A stretch of 62,545 nucleotides of DNA, filler included, from Rhabdomonas costata (taxonomy: Eukaryota), in the NCBI GenBank assembly GCA_019059605.1. It is 42 parts of 42 records of this genome, joined end to end, with 100 filler letters (N's around TTAATTAATTAA, not from the genome) between each part and the next. Parts side by side here need not be neighbours in the genome. Positions count along the whole stretch, not along the records: positions 61,155 to 62,545 come from JAHMHO010017327.1; 41 more parts are not named here. One strand, given 5' to 3'. Each line of letters begins with the position of its first letter. Position 1 is the first letter of the stretch. Below the pieces are notes generated by a model that saw only the letters and a program-made list of their open reading frames with translations, made no database searches and had not been told where the DNA came from. The position numbers and the translations under genes were made by a program. Shown in pieces: positions 62,508 through 62,545 of the stretch.

Positions 62508-62545
62508 GAGAGCAGGTCCCCAACCCCCCAGTCATACACACAAAC

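Overview
This is not contiguous DNA. It is a pseudo-scaffold of 42 unrelated contigs of about 1.39 kb, joined by 41 artificial 100-nt spacers (N44-TTAATTAATTAA-N44). Many contig ends carry G/T-only amplification-primer remnants and fold-back hairpins, which points to a whole-genome-amplified, probably single-cell, library. The source is an intron-rich eukaryote using mostly GT-AG introns and at least one GC-AG intron. The gene repertoire suggests a protist, possibly a euglenozoan (inference only). Recognisable exon fragments encode an M16 insulinase, two EGF-repeat surface proteins, WIPI/Atg18, RCC1, rhodanese, FHA, a response-regulator receiver, an ADP-ribosyltransferase-ankyrin fusion, an acyl-CoA synthetase, a dCache sensor and an HMG-box-like protein. 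Decayed Ty3/gypsy, CRE-like non-LTR and Tc1/mariner elements are also present. The most interesting signals are: (1) a contig that closes on itself into exactly one phase-0 dCache exon plus one intron, (2) the ART-ankyrin gene with a GC-AG intron and a candidate non-canonical intron, and (3) a non-coding contig with a strand-skew switch and a near-match to the kinetoplast minicircle UMS. No gene neighbourhood across spacers is meaningful, and no complete new system can be demonstrated from these fragments.
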